A DNA stretch of 64,000 nt from an uncultured Desulfospira sp. (GTDB lineage: Bacteria; Desulfobacterota; Desulfobacteria; Desulfobacterales; Desulfobacteraceae), in assembly GCA_963663165.1 (NCBI GenBank), contig OY760175.1:512001-576000 (forward strand). Reading direction: 5' to 3'. Made by a program: the position numbers and the translations under genes. A model generated the notes under the pieces. That model had not been told where the DNA came from. It did not search any database and worked only from the letters and a program-made list of their open reading frames with translations. Each line of letters opens with the position of its first letter. Position 1 is the first letter of the stretch. Shown here one piece after another: positions 11,008 through 20,086 of this stretch.

Positions 11008-11044
11008 CCGGGACATGATACTAACTTTAGAGATCATGTCCCGG
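11008..11044. repeat. Perfect 12-bp inverted repeat
   Basis: CCGGGACATGAT-13 nt-ATCATGTCCCGG. Confidence 0.8.
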
Positions 11045-11058
11045 CTAACCCGATGATC

Positions 11059-11188
11059 ACCGAACAAGCCAATGAACCCGACCGGGCTTACTGCGCGGCG
11101 TTTCTGAAGGTGTCGGGTTAATGGAAATATAAACTTTTGCCGGATCTTTTGTGGTTTTAAAGCCCGGCGGGTTATCTATACGTTGTGC
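11059..11188 (+). other. Integron attC recombination site (solitary)
   Basis: R'' ACCGAAC, 5-nt spacer, L'' AATGAAC, stem CCG[A]CCGGGCTT...AAGCCCGGCGG, L' GTTAT, spacer, R' GTTGTGC; both expected extrahelical bases are present. Confidence 0.75.
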
Positions 11189-11222
11189 TTCAAAACGGGG
11201 ACGTGGAGTGTTTAATTCAATA

Positions 11223-11423
11223 TTAAATTGGGTGCCGGTCCCGGATCAATCTTAAAAGCTTTTGATTTTGTCCACTCAAGACCTGCCCCAAAGATTCCAT
11301 GGATTCAAACCATACCTTGGGTTCATTTTTCCGGGGTTTGTACTCGCCCTTGGCAATGGCAATGGTCCTGTGCTTGTAATCTTCCTTTGTCATGATGCCG
11401 ATTTTCATAACCCTGCTTGCCAT
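11223..11423 (-). pseudogene. Truncated HVO_A0114-like antitoxin/transcriptional regulator
   Basis: RTIAIAKGEYKP...PKVWFESMESLGQVLSGQNQKLLRLI stops just before the expected HTH. Confidence 0.65.
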
Positions 11424-11434
11424 GCTTCTTATCC

Positions 11435-11761
11435 CTATTGCGCGTGAACATCCAGTCTGACACCCAAGCCATTTAGGACACTGACAAGGGTTTTTAATGT
11501 GGGATTCCCATTTTTAAAAAGTCGGTAAAGCGCCTGCCGGGTCAATCCGGTTTTCCTTGATAATTCTGAGACACCGCCTTCCCTGGCCCGGGTTATATAA
11601 AAAAGAGTCTTCATAACACTCTTGAAGTTATCTTCTTCAGCGGTCAAATCCTGGATAGTGCTTTTCAGCAGATCCGGGATAAGCTCCGGAGATTCTTTAA
11701 GCTGATCAATAATGAAATCGTCCATGTTCTGCATGGATTCAGAATCTATTTTTTCGGCCAT
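11435..11761 (-). CDS. Addiction-module antidote (HI1420-like) HTH protein
   Basis: GGVSELSRKTGLTRQALYRLFKNGNPTLKTLVSVLNGLG. Confidence 0.8.
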   Translation of the reverse strand: MAEKIDSESMQNMDDFIIDQLKESPELIPDLLKSTIQDLTAEEDNFKSVMKTLFYITRAREGGVSELSRKTGLTRQALYRLFKNGNPTLKTLVSVLNGLGVRLDVHAQ

Positions 11762-11779
11762 TTTAGAGCCCTTTCAGAA

Positions 11780-12133
11780 TCAAAGAAAAACCCTGTAATC
11801 AATATCTAAGGCTTTTGAAAACAGCTTTGCATTCTTTTTCCCAATGGGGCGCTTCCCTCTCTCCATTTCAGAAATATGTCTTTGGGGGATGCCGGTTAAA
11901 TTGGAAAGTTGAACCTGGGTAAGACCTTCTTTCCCCCTGGCCCCGGCCAGACTGATTCCGGGCAAATCATGCTCATTGATGTCAGGAAAGGCATCGCGCC
12001 AGGGTATACTGTCGGAGACATCCTGGAAACCAAGTCCTTTTAATAATTTTGAAGCCTCTTTTTGTTTGTTGACAGGCCCAATAAAATGTAGCTCAACCGT
12101 ATCAATATGGGGCTTTTTCGTGTGTTCCTGCAT
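11780..12133 (-). CDS. Xre-HTH antitoxin (HigA-like)
   Basis: LAGARGKEGLTQVQLSNLTGIPQRHISEMERGKRPIG; overlaps the upstream toxin. Confidence 0.85.
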   Translation of the reverse strand: MQEHTKKPHIDTVELHFIGPVNKQKEASKLLKGLGFQDVSDSIPWRDAFPDINEHDLPGISLAGARGKEGLTQVQLSNLTGIPQRHISEMERGKRPIGKKNAKLFSKALDIDYRVFL

Positions 12134-12380
12134 AAATTACCTCTATGATTTTTATTTCTTTGTTTTTAGTTTCCCATACAGCAACATAGGTAGGCTGACC
12201 TTTTTTTAGATGACAGTGGTGCCTATTTCCTGTAAGTGCTGAATAGTTCGGCCAGTTTCCCCTGATGGGTCCGGATAGTTCTATTTCTCTGATCAAGGTA
12301 ATAAGCTTGTTCTGTACCCTTTTGGGTAGCTGGTTAAGCTTTTTCCCTGCTTGTCTTGTTATGTTAACTGTCCAGTTCAT
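12102..12380 (-). CDS. RelE/HigB-like toxin
   Basis: WTVNITRQAGKKLNQLP...WPNYSAL...HHCHLKKGQPTYVAVW...YAGTHEKAPY; toxin-first order. Confidence 0.8.
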   Translation of the reverse strand: MNWTVNITRQAGKKLNQLPKRVQNKLITLIREIELSGPIRGNWPNYSALTGNRHHCHLKKGQPTYVAVWETKNKEIKIIEVIYAGTHEKAPY

Positions 12381-12387
12381 ATGTATA

Positions 12388-12416
12388 AATATACTATTTT
12401 ATGGTATTCAAATCAA
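12388..12416 (-). promoter_or_regulatory. Sigma70-type promoter, probably giving a leaderless toxin mRNA
   Basis: TTGATT-17-TATATT, 7 nt before the ATG at 12380; no SD. Confidence 0.55.
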
Positions 12417-12431
12417 TATTACGTTTCAAGT

Positions 12432-12554
12432 TTATTTCCCACCATTGACCACTTTCAACACCTGCTGATCGTCTGCCGTTGGTTGCTCAATCCCGGCCTG
12501 TTCAAGCATCCACTTTTCAATTTTGACATGTCACATTCTAAGAAGATCAATCGG
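12432..12554 (-). pseudogene. 3' remnant of a P4-like tyrosine integrase
   Basis: Reads PIDLLRM*HVKIEKWMLEQAGIEQPTADDQQVLKVVNGGK*, similar to the RPxDLLRMWHxKIExWxLEQAGI tail of proteobacterial island integrases (from memory); stop at the expected Trp position. Confidence 0.6.
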
Positions 12555-13419
12555 CCCTGACCCTGAGGAAAGAGGCAAATTTGGGAATGCCGTTTTGGGT
12601 GAACCCATAATACTTAAACGTAATTTGCGATCCTATGGCCGGTGGGTTCCGCCGGACCTGGTCAGTGAAGCCGGTACCAAGTTTGAATTGAACACCGTTT
12701 TCGAGGCAAAGGGTTAAAGATCCCATAGCCCCTTCATATTTACCTTTTCCCGGATTGACGGCAATCACTTCCCCTTCCATGTCCCCGGCTTTTTTTATCT
12801 TTAGGACATAGGGGCTCCGGCCGGTGTGGTAGGCCCGGTTCGGGTCTTTTACAATGACCCCCTCTCCGCCGTTTGATTCCACCTTTTGGACAAACTGATC
12901 TAGATCAGACATGGTTTTGACCGGAATCTGGTCAATGATGGCCACCTGTGCATTGGGATGTGATGCAAACCATTCTTGGGCCTTTTTCAGGCGCTGGAAA
13001 AAATCACCTTTCTGGTTGGGCACTTCAAAAATATGATAGGTGATTTCCCGCCACTGCTCACCGGGCTGCTGATCCAGAACCACCGACTGTATAAATTCAT
13101 AGGCACCCCTGCGGCTCCACAACTCACCGTCGAGTTCAAACGACGGGAAATTTCTGATAAACCACGCCGGGGGATTTAACCGGATGCCTTTACGGGTATA
13201 AAGGCCTGTGCCGTCCCAAAAACCTCTGATTCCGTCCAGTTTCTCACTCATTACCCAGCCGGTCACGTCTGTGTTTTCAGTATATGTTTCGGGCTTTTGC
13301 AGGTTTGTAGGCTCGCCGTAAAGTCCTATGGGAAAAAGGTGCAGCACAAATATCACAGACACAATTTTGATATGAAAAAACCGGCGCCGGTCAGGGTTTA
13401 AAAATTTTTCCATGCTCAT
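12547..13419 (-). CDS. Minimal ATP-dependent DNA ligase with N-terminal signal sequence (LigE-type)
   Basis: SEKLDGIRGFWDG (KxDG), LDGELW, GEGVIVK, OB domain GTGFTD...FASFLRVR; hydrophobic N-terminus. Confidence 0.88.
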   Translation of the reverse strand: MSMEKFLNPDRRRFFHIKIVSVIFVLHLFPIGLYGEPTNLQKPETYTENTDVTGWVMSEKLDGIRGFWDGTGLYTRKGIRLNPPAWFIRNFPSFELDGELWSRRGAYEFIQSVVLDQQPGEQWREITYHIFEVPNQKGDFFQRLKKAQEWFASHPNAQVAIIDQIPVKTMSDLDQFVQKVESNGGEGVIVKDPNRAYHTGRSPYVLKIKKAGDMEGEVIAVNPGKGKYEGAMGSLTLCLENGVQFKLGTGFTDQVRRNPPAIGSQITFKYYGFTQNGIPKFASFLRVRAD

Positions 13420-13471
13420 ATCCTTTGGGTTAAAGTGTTTGGCCGAAACCGAACCTACAGTTATGAAGCCG

Positions 13472-14878
13472 CTATGGCGAGCCCATCAGCGCTTTGGCGT
13501 CAATGGTTTTGGCATCCGGGTGTTTTCTTAGATAATCGGCTATTTTGCCGGCAAGGTAGGCGGTTGAGATGGAGGTGCCGGCATAGGTGCCCGGGTTTCC
13601 GTCGCTGCCCACGGGAAGGCTGGCAAATCCGGGGGCGGCCAGGTCCACAAAATCTCCGTAATTGGACATCTCCCAGGCCTTTCCGTCGGGCCCTAATGCA
13701 GATACGGCGATCACGGACTCATAGGCGGCCGGATACACGGGATCTCCGGTAGGGGAGTTGCCGGCGGCGGCCACCACCACCAGCCCCTTTGAGGCCGCAT
13801 AGTTAACGGCCGTTTCCAGAAAGGCAGAATCTGTCTCAGATCCCCAGCTTAAGCTTAACACCTTTGCCTGGTTTTCCAGGGCATATTCAATGCTGGCCAT
13901 GAGGGTGGACGTTGAGGTAAACCCATTGTCGTCAAAGGCTTTAATCGACAGAACCGGATTGGAAAACTCGCCGGACGCCACCCCCATAGGAGACACCTGG
14001 CCTGAAGCGATCAGCGCCATCTGGGTGCCGTGGCCCACATGGTCGGAAATGGAACTGTCGGGATCTACAGCATCAAAGCTTCCCTGGATATACCCCTGGG
14101 ATGCATAGGTTTCCATAAGCCCGGTATCCAGGACAGCCACGGCAAAAGCCGATTCTGCAGGCTGTTTGTCTGACAGGGTGGCCCCATTAAAGGGATCATC
14201 AAGCCCCGCCACCTTGGGTGCGCTTCCGGCCCTGTAGGCATAATCCGGTTCTGCCGTGCCCACGATTCCTTCCTGCTGAAGTTTAATCAGAACCGCATTA
14301 AGATCCCCGGAATCGGATAAAATCAGGGCATAAATTCCCAAATGCCGGTTAACGGTTTCGATTCTGGCCTTTAATTTTTGAAGCAGCTGGTTGATTTTCC
14401 GGGTGGACACCTTCTGGTTAAATGTCAGCAGGATCCGGTTTCTCACATAATAGGCGCCGGTATCCGGATCTTGGACAATGTCCAGGGATTTGGAAGATTG
14501 AATGGACCGGGCCAGGTTTATTTTCCCGGGCCTGAATATAACGATCTCAGAAAGTTCTATCTCGCCGTCCGGGGCTTTGGTCCAGATATACGAATGATTC
14601 AGGCCGGCCAGGATTTCATCAAAGCCGGCCTGGACGTCCCGGCGGGTGAATTGCGCTGTGATCAAAGGGTTGATCCCCGGGTCAATCTTAACGGTAATGC
14701 CTTCCACGGCCGCCTGTTTGAGCAGGTCCTGCAGAGGGGTCTGCCGGGCCGACAGGGATATGGTGTTGTCTGCTATGGTTAGAGAGGCTGCCTGGCAGGC
14801 AGCCGTTACAGCCAATAGAACAAAAAAAGAGACGCAAAATAATGTATTTTTCATAAGATTATCCAGATTATCATACAA
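13472..14878 (-). CDS. Secreted subtilisin-like S8 serine peptidase
   Basis: VAVLDTG, GHGT, AAAGN and GTS catalytic motifs; signal peptide. Confidence 0.9.
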   Translation of the reverse strand: MYDNLDNLMKNTLFCVSFFVLLAVTAACQAASLTIADNTISLSARQTPLQDLLKQAAVEGITVKIDPGINPLITAQFTRRDVQAGFDEILAGLNHSYIWTKAPDGEIELSEIVIFRPGKINLARSIQSSKSLDIVQDPDTGAYYVRNRILLTFNQKVSTRKINQLLQKLKARIETVNRHLGIYALILSDSGDLNAVLIKLQQEGIVGTAEPDYAYRAGSAPKVAGLDDPFNGATLSDKQPAESAFAVAVLDTGLMETYASQGYIQGSFDAVDPDSSISDHVGHGTQMALIASGQVSPMGVASGEFSNPVLSIKAFDDNGFTSTSTLMASIEYALENQAKVLSLSWGSETDSAFLETAVNYAASKGLVVVAAAGNSPTGDPVYPAAYESVIAVSALGPDGKAWEMSNYGDFVDLAAPGFASLPVGSDGNPGTYAGTSISTAYLAGKIADYLRKHPDAKTIDAKALMGSP

Positions 14879-14948
14879 GGCAGCCTCTATTTTAAAGGTT
14901 TGTTCCGGTAAAAACTATGCTTTTTTCTAAATAAAGGTTCGGATGTAT

Positions 14949-14996
14949 AAAAAAAGAGACCGGAAATCGCACGCTTCAGGTTTACGCATTCCGGCC
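14949..14996 (-). terminator. Intrinsic terminator-like hairpin upstream of the S8 gene
   Basis: Minus strand GGCCGGAAT...ATTTCCGGTC followed by TCTTTTTTT. Confidence 0.55.
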
Positions 14997-15265
14997 TGGG
15001 GTCTTCTTTCTTCAGGCCTCCTTCAGCTTAATTTGTAAGGCACTCCTTAAGGTGGGCGGAATTCCCCGGTTTTATGCAAGGTTACCATATTGTAATGTAA
15101 GGCTTTGATTAGCTAAATGAACCCTGAGGGCGCAAAACCGGCTAATATCATTGAAACACCCGGCCCGGCTTGTATTCTGCGCAGCCCTAAGGGTTCTTTA
15201 CTTGGTCCATAAATAGTGGTAAGAGTTCTCAATATTTGGTTTTCACGAATAATAGAGAGTATTCC

Positions 15266-15760
15266 ATGAGTAATGTTTATTTAAAACCCGTTGGCGCCAG
15301 ACTTGGGAAGACCCTGCCGGAAAGGTTGATTACCGGTAATAAAGGGTTTTCTTTTCTTGAATTGATGGTGGTTGTGGTTATCCTGGGAATTCTGGCCACC
15401 TATGTTGCCCCCAGATTTCTAGGGCGGACCGATGATGCCAAGATCGTCAAGGCCAAACTTGATATCTCCTCCATTGAAACGGCGCTCAAGCTGTACAAGC
15501 TGGATAACGGCAATTATCCCACAACAGAACAGGGGCTTCAGGCATTGGTGGAAAAACCAGCCTCCGAGCCGGTCCCGACCAACTGGAGTGAAAAAGGGTA
15601 TCTGGAAAAAGGAAAAGTTGCCAAAGACCCCTGGGGCAAAGAGTATGTCTATCTGTCTCCGGGTGTGCATGACGATTATGATCTGCTCAGTTATGGGGCC
15701 GACGGTGCTTCCGGAGGCGAGGGGAAAAATTCGGATATCAACTCCTGGGAGCTTGAATAA
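15266..15760 (+). CDS. gspG: T2SS major pseudopilin
   Basis: G/FSFLELMVVVVILGILA, LKLYKLDNGNYPTTEQGLQALV, DPWGKEY, SYGADG. Confidence 0.95.
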   Translation: MSNVYLKPVGARLGKTLPERLITGNKGFSFLELMVVVVILGILATYVAPRFLGRTDDAKIVKAKLDISSIETALKLYKLDNGNYPTTEQGLQALVEKPASEPVPTNWSEKGYLEKGKVAKDPWGKEYVYLSPGVHDDYDLLSYGADGASGGEGKNSDINSWELE

Positions 15761-15763
15761 CCG

Positions 15764-16339
15764 GTGCCGGCCCCCCAACGCCAAACCTTTAAACACCCCC
15801 TGCCTGTGAGGGCGGATTGCTTTTTTAAGCGGGTTCCGGAGGGAAGAACTGCCGGGTTTACGCTGATTGAGCTGATCGTGGTGTTAAGCATTCTGGCCGG
15901 GCTTTTGGTATTTTCACTGCCGGTGTTCAGGAAAGTTGACCTGTTTTCCAATACCGACACCCAGGCCGGACAGATCGCCCGGTTGGTCAATGACCTGAAA
16001 AACAGGGCAATGGAAAACAATACCGACATTATTTTGCATGTGGAAACCGCTGGCCAGACGATCTGGGTCAGTACCCAGGGCATGGATGAAGACGCATTGG
16101 AAGAGGCCAGGAGCAACGGATTTTCCCTTCCCGACGGTCTGGTGATTCTGGATGTGGAATTTCCTGATGCTAAACAAAGTTCAGCTGATTATCAGATCCG
16201 GTTCCGCAAACAGGGCTACTCTGATTTTGCCCTGATCCATATGAACAACGGTGAAGATAATTTGACTTTGAAAATCGAGCCTTTTATTTCAAAGGCCCTG
16301 CTTTTGGATGAACATGTTTCCTTTGAGGACTGTATCTGA
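15764..16339 (+). CDS. gspH: T2SS minor pseudopilin H
   Basis: GFTLIEL prepilin motif and operon position; start uncertain. Confidence 0.75.
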   Translation: MPAPQRQTFKHPLPVRADCFFKRVPEGRTAGFTLIELIVVLSILAGLLVFSLPVFRKVDLFSNTDTQAGQIARLVNDLKNRAMENNTDIILHVETAGQTIWVSTQGMDEDALEEARSNGFSLPDGLVILDVEFPDAKQSSADYQIRFRKQGYSDFALIHMNNGEDNLTLKIEPFISKALLLDEHVSFEDCI

Positions 16340-16778
16340 CGTTTGCCGGGGTTCGAAGGGATTCCGATCCCATGGTTCCCCGCCTGCCGCCCAAGGATTT
16401 ACCCTTCTTGAGGTTATGATTGCCGTCTCCATTATTGCCCTGGTGTTTGTCTCCGTTTTCCGGATGGTGTCGGGCACTGTCCGGCTGGCCCAGGCCGGCA
16501 GGTTCAATACCATGGCACCGGTGCTGGCATCACAGGTTTTGGGGCAGATTGAGCTGGACCTTGAGGATTTTACCCAGACCTCGGGGGATTTCGGGGAAGA
16601 CCAACCCGGGTATAAGTGGACATGCAGCATCTCAGAGCAGGAACTGGACCTGGATGCACTGGATTTTATCGACAAGGAAAAGAGTGAAAATTTTAAGAAA
16701 ATTGTCGTCACCGTTATGGACAATCAGGAAGAGCGCAAATTCGAGGTAACCACATGGAGGTATGTTTTTGAAGAATAG
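16308..16778 (+). CDS. gspI: T2SS minor pseudopilin I
   Basis: GFTLLEVMIAVSIIA and operon position; start uncertain. Confidence 0.75.
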   Translation: MNMFPLRTVSDVCRGSKGFRSHGSPPAAQGFTLLEVMIAVSIIALVFVSVFRMVSGTVRLAQAGRFNTMAPVLASQVLGQIELDLEDFTQTSGDFGEDQPGYKWTCSISEQELDLDALDFIDKEKSENFKKIVVTVMDNQEERKFEVTTWRYVFEE

Positions 16779-17463
16779 ACCTTCCATGGCGGCAGACAGC
16801 GGGTTCACCCTGTTGGAAATCCTTATTGCCGTGGTGCTGCTGTCCATTGTGATGACCGCATTGTTTTCCTCTTTCAGGGCCTTTGCCCTGTCCAGCGACA
16901 AGATCAAAAACGACATCACCCGGGATGAAAGAATTCAAGGGGCGTTGAAACGGATTCAACTGGACCTTCAAGGGCTGTTTGTGCTTCAGGAACCCCGGTA
17001 TCAAAAACCCGAATTCAACGATGACCCCGATCCTTTCAGGTTTATCTGTGAAAATGAAAGCATTGACGGGCACACTGCGGCCACCCTGGTATTTGCATCC
17101 CTGGCCCATGCCTGTACCGGATCAGATTCCCGTTCCGGGGTGGCAAGGATCGCCTATTACGTGAAAAAAGATAAAGACAATAAATATAACCTTTACCGGG
17201 CCGATGCCCTGTATCCGTTTCCCGATGAAGTTCAATCCTGTGCCGATCCCATACTCTGCCGTGATATTACCGGATTTGAAGCAACCTTTACCAATGCCGG
17301 CGGGGATGAATATGAAACCTGGAACTCGGATGATGACGAATTTGATTATGTGGTCCCTTCCGGGGTGAATTTGAAAATCACCTTTGCTCCGGATTCCAAC
17401 GGCCAGGAACAGGTTTTTCAAACCTTTATTCTCATTGCTTCAGGAAGGGATGCCATTGAATAA
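16762..17463 (+). CDS. gspJ: T2SS minor pseudopilin J
   Basis: GFTLLEILIAV and operon position. Confidence 0.8.
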   Translation: MFLKNRPSMAADSGFTLLEILIAVVLLSIVMTALFSSFRAFALSSDKIKNDITRDERIQGALKRIQLDLQGLFVLQEPRYQKPEFNDDPDPFRFICENESIDGHTAATLVFASLAHACTGSDSRSGVARIAYYVKKDKDNKYNLYRADALYPFPDEVQSCADPILCRDITGFEATFTNAGGDEYETWNSDDDEFDYVVPSGVNLKITFAPDSNGQEQVFQTFILIASGRDAIE

Positions 17464-18655
17464 GACAGCCGCCAAAACCTTCACAGACCCGGTTCAGGAC
17501 GAACACCGGTGTCGTGGAAACCGGTTCAATCCCTGGCAGATTCTGAACAATGACAGGGGCGTGGCCCTGCTCATTACCCTGGGGGTGGTGGCTGTTCTGG
17601 TGGCCGGGGCCCTTCAGCTGGGCAAATTTACCGGTGATTCGGTCATGGAAGGCCTGGTCCTGAAAGACCGGTTCAAGGCCGAGCAGATGGCCCGGTCCGG
17701 CATTGAGCTGGCCAGGATGATCCTGGCTCAGGACGCGGAAAAAACCGATGTGGATTCTATCCAGGAAGACTGGGCCGATCCGGAAAAACTGAATATGGCC
17801 GCTGCCCTGATGATGGGAAAGGAAGGGGTTCTTGAAATTAAAATTACAGATGAACTTTCCAAGATTCAGGTCAACGCCCTGATCAGTGAATACCCGGGAA
17901 ACCAGATCAACTCGGACCAGCAGCGGATTTTAGAAAATTTTTTTAACCTTCGGTTTTCCAGTGACAAGTCCGGGGATGAAAGAGATGCCTCTGAAATTAT
18001 CAACTGCATGAAGGACTGGCTGGATGCCAATGATGATGATACGGTGTCCGGGCTGACCGGAGCGGAATCGGATTATTATCAAAAGCTTGATCCCTCCTAT
18101 GAGTGCGCCAACGGTCCCTTTAACCGGATCGAGGAATTGTTCAGCGTCAAAGGGGTGACATCGGATGTGCTGGCCAATGCCAATGAGGATGATGAAGAAG
18201 CCGACGAAGAGGCAGACACCAACGCCCCGGAGCAGCTGGGCGACTATTTTACCGTGTATGGATTAAATAATGATAAAGGGGAGCAGGGCGGTTTTCAGTA
18301 TACCGGGAAAGTGAATATCAACACCGCAGGCCTGGCAGTGCTTGAAGCCCTGCTGCCGGAGGGGATGGAAGACATGGCGGCCGACATTGTGGACTTCAGG
18401 CAGGAACGGACCGAAGATGACGATGCCTATGTCAATGCCCTTGACAAGGGGTGGTATAAAAGCGTTATTTCTTTGTCGGAAACTGAACAAAAGGCCGTGG
18501 ATAATCTGATCACCTACTCAAGTGATCTTTTCCGGGTGGACACCATTGCCCGGGAAAACAATTCTCAGGTGGGGCTGACGGCCATTCTCAAAAGGGAAAA
18601 AGCTCAGGAATCTAAGAAATGGATGTGCCGGATTATACAGCTGGAAAGGATATAG
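17450..18655 (+). CDS. gspK: T2SS minor pseudopilin K
   Basis: RGVALLITL, DWLDAND, GAESDYY, GKVNINTA. Confidence 0.9.
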   Translation: MPLNKTAAKTFTDPVQDEHRCRGNRFNPWQILNNDRGVALLITLGVVAVLVAGALQLGKFTGDSVMEGLVLKDRFKAEQMARSGIELARMILAQDAEKTDVDSIQEDWADPEKLNMAAALMMGKEGVLEIKITDELSKIQVNALISEYPGNQINSDQQRILENFFNLRFSSDKSGDERDASEIINCMKDWLDANDDDTVSGLTGAESDYYQKLDPSYECANGPFNRIEELFSVKGVTSDVLANANEDDEEADEEADTNAPEQLGDYFTVYGLNNDKGEQGGFQYTGKVNINTAGLAVLEALLPEGMEDMAADIVDFRQERTEDDDAYVNALDKGWYKSVISLSETEQKAVDNLITYSSDLFRVDTIARENNSQVGLTAILKREKAQESKKWMCRIIQLERI

Positions 18656-18658
18656 GGA

Positions 18659-20086
18659 ATGGACGGTCCGATGTTACGCCTTGATTTGAGTGACCATGGG
18701 ATCACGGCCTGGGTGGAGGACCGGGGCGGTTCCGCCTTGGGCCAGGAACCCGTCTCTATTTTATTTGAAGACCTGCCCGAACCTTTGGAAACACCCCGGG
18801 ACCTTGAACAAACCACAGATCCCTTTGACCGGGCCATGGAAATCATGGGATCCCGCCTGGATCTGTCCCCATGCAGCCGGGCCGTTATTGAGGTGCCGTC
18901 GGTCTGGGTCAGTTTCAGGGCAGCCGACCTTCCCTTTACATCGCCCAAAAAGATCCGGCAGGTGCTGGAATTTGAGTTGGAACCCCTCCTTCCCATAAGC
19001 CATGAAGCTTATATTTCAGATTTTTTGCCTTTAAAAAGCAAACCTGGGGCCGGCCCGCTTCTAACGGCATCCATCGCAGAATCCAGGATTGAACAAATCT
19101 GTGACTGCCTTACCGGTTATGGCATTAAACCCCATCTGATTATTCCCAAGGGCTACACGGCCGCTGTCAGGATGCTCCCGGGCCTTGACCCGGACAAAAA
19201 CCATGCCCTTCTTTTCGTGACAAAACAAGAGGTCATTATGATATTGGCCTGCAGCGGGGTCCCTTGCGCTGTCCGGTCCTTTCGGGGGGCCGGAGTATCC
19301 TTTGAATCCATCTGTTTTAAGCTTAAACAGACCATTATGGGTTTCAATCAGCAGCGGGGAACCAAACTGTTTTTTAATATTCTGGTCTGCTCTCAACGCA
19401 GCACGGCTCAGGAAGATCTGAACGCCTGTGAATCTGTCTTTGATGCCAGGGCAGTGGCTGCCGCCGAAAATTTTGACGGCCTGACCCTGCCGGAAATGGC
19501 GTTGCTAAGAAAACAAAAGTTGCTGTTCAATTTCTGCCAGGGGATTTACGGGGCCACATCCCCCATAAAAAAACATTTGAGCGCCATTATCACCACCACG
19601 GTTTTGCTGGTTCTGGTATTCGGCTTTTTCATGGCCGGCACGGCCATGGACAGCGCCAGATTATCTGACCGGATTGCCGCCATTGATGCCCGGGCCATGG
19701 AAATTTACAGACAATCCTTTCCCAAACAAAAAACCATCCAGGACCCGTATCTTCAGATGAAGGCCAACGTCAAAGCGGCCCTCAAGCAGTCGTCCGCCAA
19801 TGGAAAGGATTCATCCGATACCGTGGCCTTTAAAACCGTTGAAATCATCAACTCCCTTTCAACGGCCATTGATTCATCCATTGATGTGGATATATCCAGA
19901 TTTTTATACAACAGCGGGAAAATTGTTTTGTCCGGCTCAACTGACAATTTCAACAACGTGAACAACATTAAAAGCAAGATAGAAGCGGTTCCCATGTTCA
20001 AAACAGTGGAAATCAGCAGTGCTGCCGCTGATAAAAAGGATAAGCAGGAAAATCGGGTTAATTTTAAATTTATCATAGAAATGTGA
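18659..20086 (+). CDS. gspL: T2SS inner-membrane platform protein L
   Basis: Cytoplasmic actin-like region (LPFTSPKKIRQVLEFELE), one TM helix, PilN-like C-terminus; operon position. Confidence 0.75.
   Translation: MDGPMLRLDLSDHGITAWVEDRGGSALGQEPVSILFEDLPEPLETPRDLEQTTDPFDRAMEIMGSRLDLSPCSRAVIEVPSVWVSFRAADLPFTSPKKIRQVLEFELEPLLPISHEAYISDFLPLKSKPGAGPLLTASIAESRIEQICDCLTGYGIKPHLIIPKGYTAAVRMLPGLDPDKNHALLFVTKQEVIMILACSGVPCAVRSFRGAGVSFESICFKLKQTIMGFNQQRGTKLFFNILVCSQRSTAQEDLNACESVFDARAVAAAENFDGLTLPEMALLRKQKLLFNFCQGIYGATSPIKKHLSAIITTTVLLVLVFGFFMAGTAMDSARLSDRIAAIDARAMEIYRQSFPKQKTIQDPYLQMKANVKAALKQSSANGKDSSDTVAFKTVEIINSLSTAIDSSIDVDISRFLYNSGKIVLSGSTDNFNNVNNIKSKIEAVPMFKTVEISSAAADKKDKQENRVNFKFIIEM

Larger units (their letters stand above)
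8906..12554. mobile_element. Decayed tRNA-Met-associated integrative island
   Basis: Begins at the tRNA 3' end; arm-type repeats, TnpV-like ORF, attC, TA genes and an integrase C-terminal remnant at the far end. No distal att copy found, so the right boundary is uncertain. Confidence 0.65.

Noticed and set aside
15110..15170. c-di-GMP-I (GEMM) riboswitch suggested by GGGCGCAAAACC
   Set aside because: No upstream GYAAA plus GNRA-capped P2 hairpin, and no convincing P1/P3.
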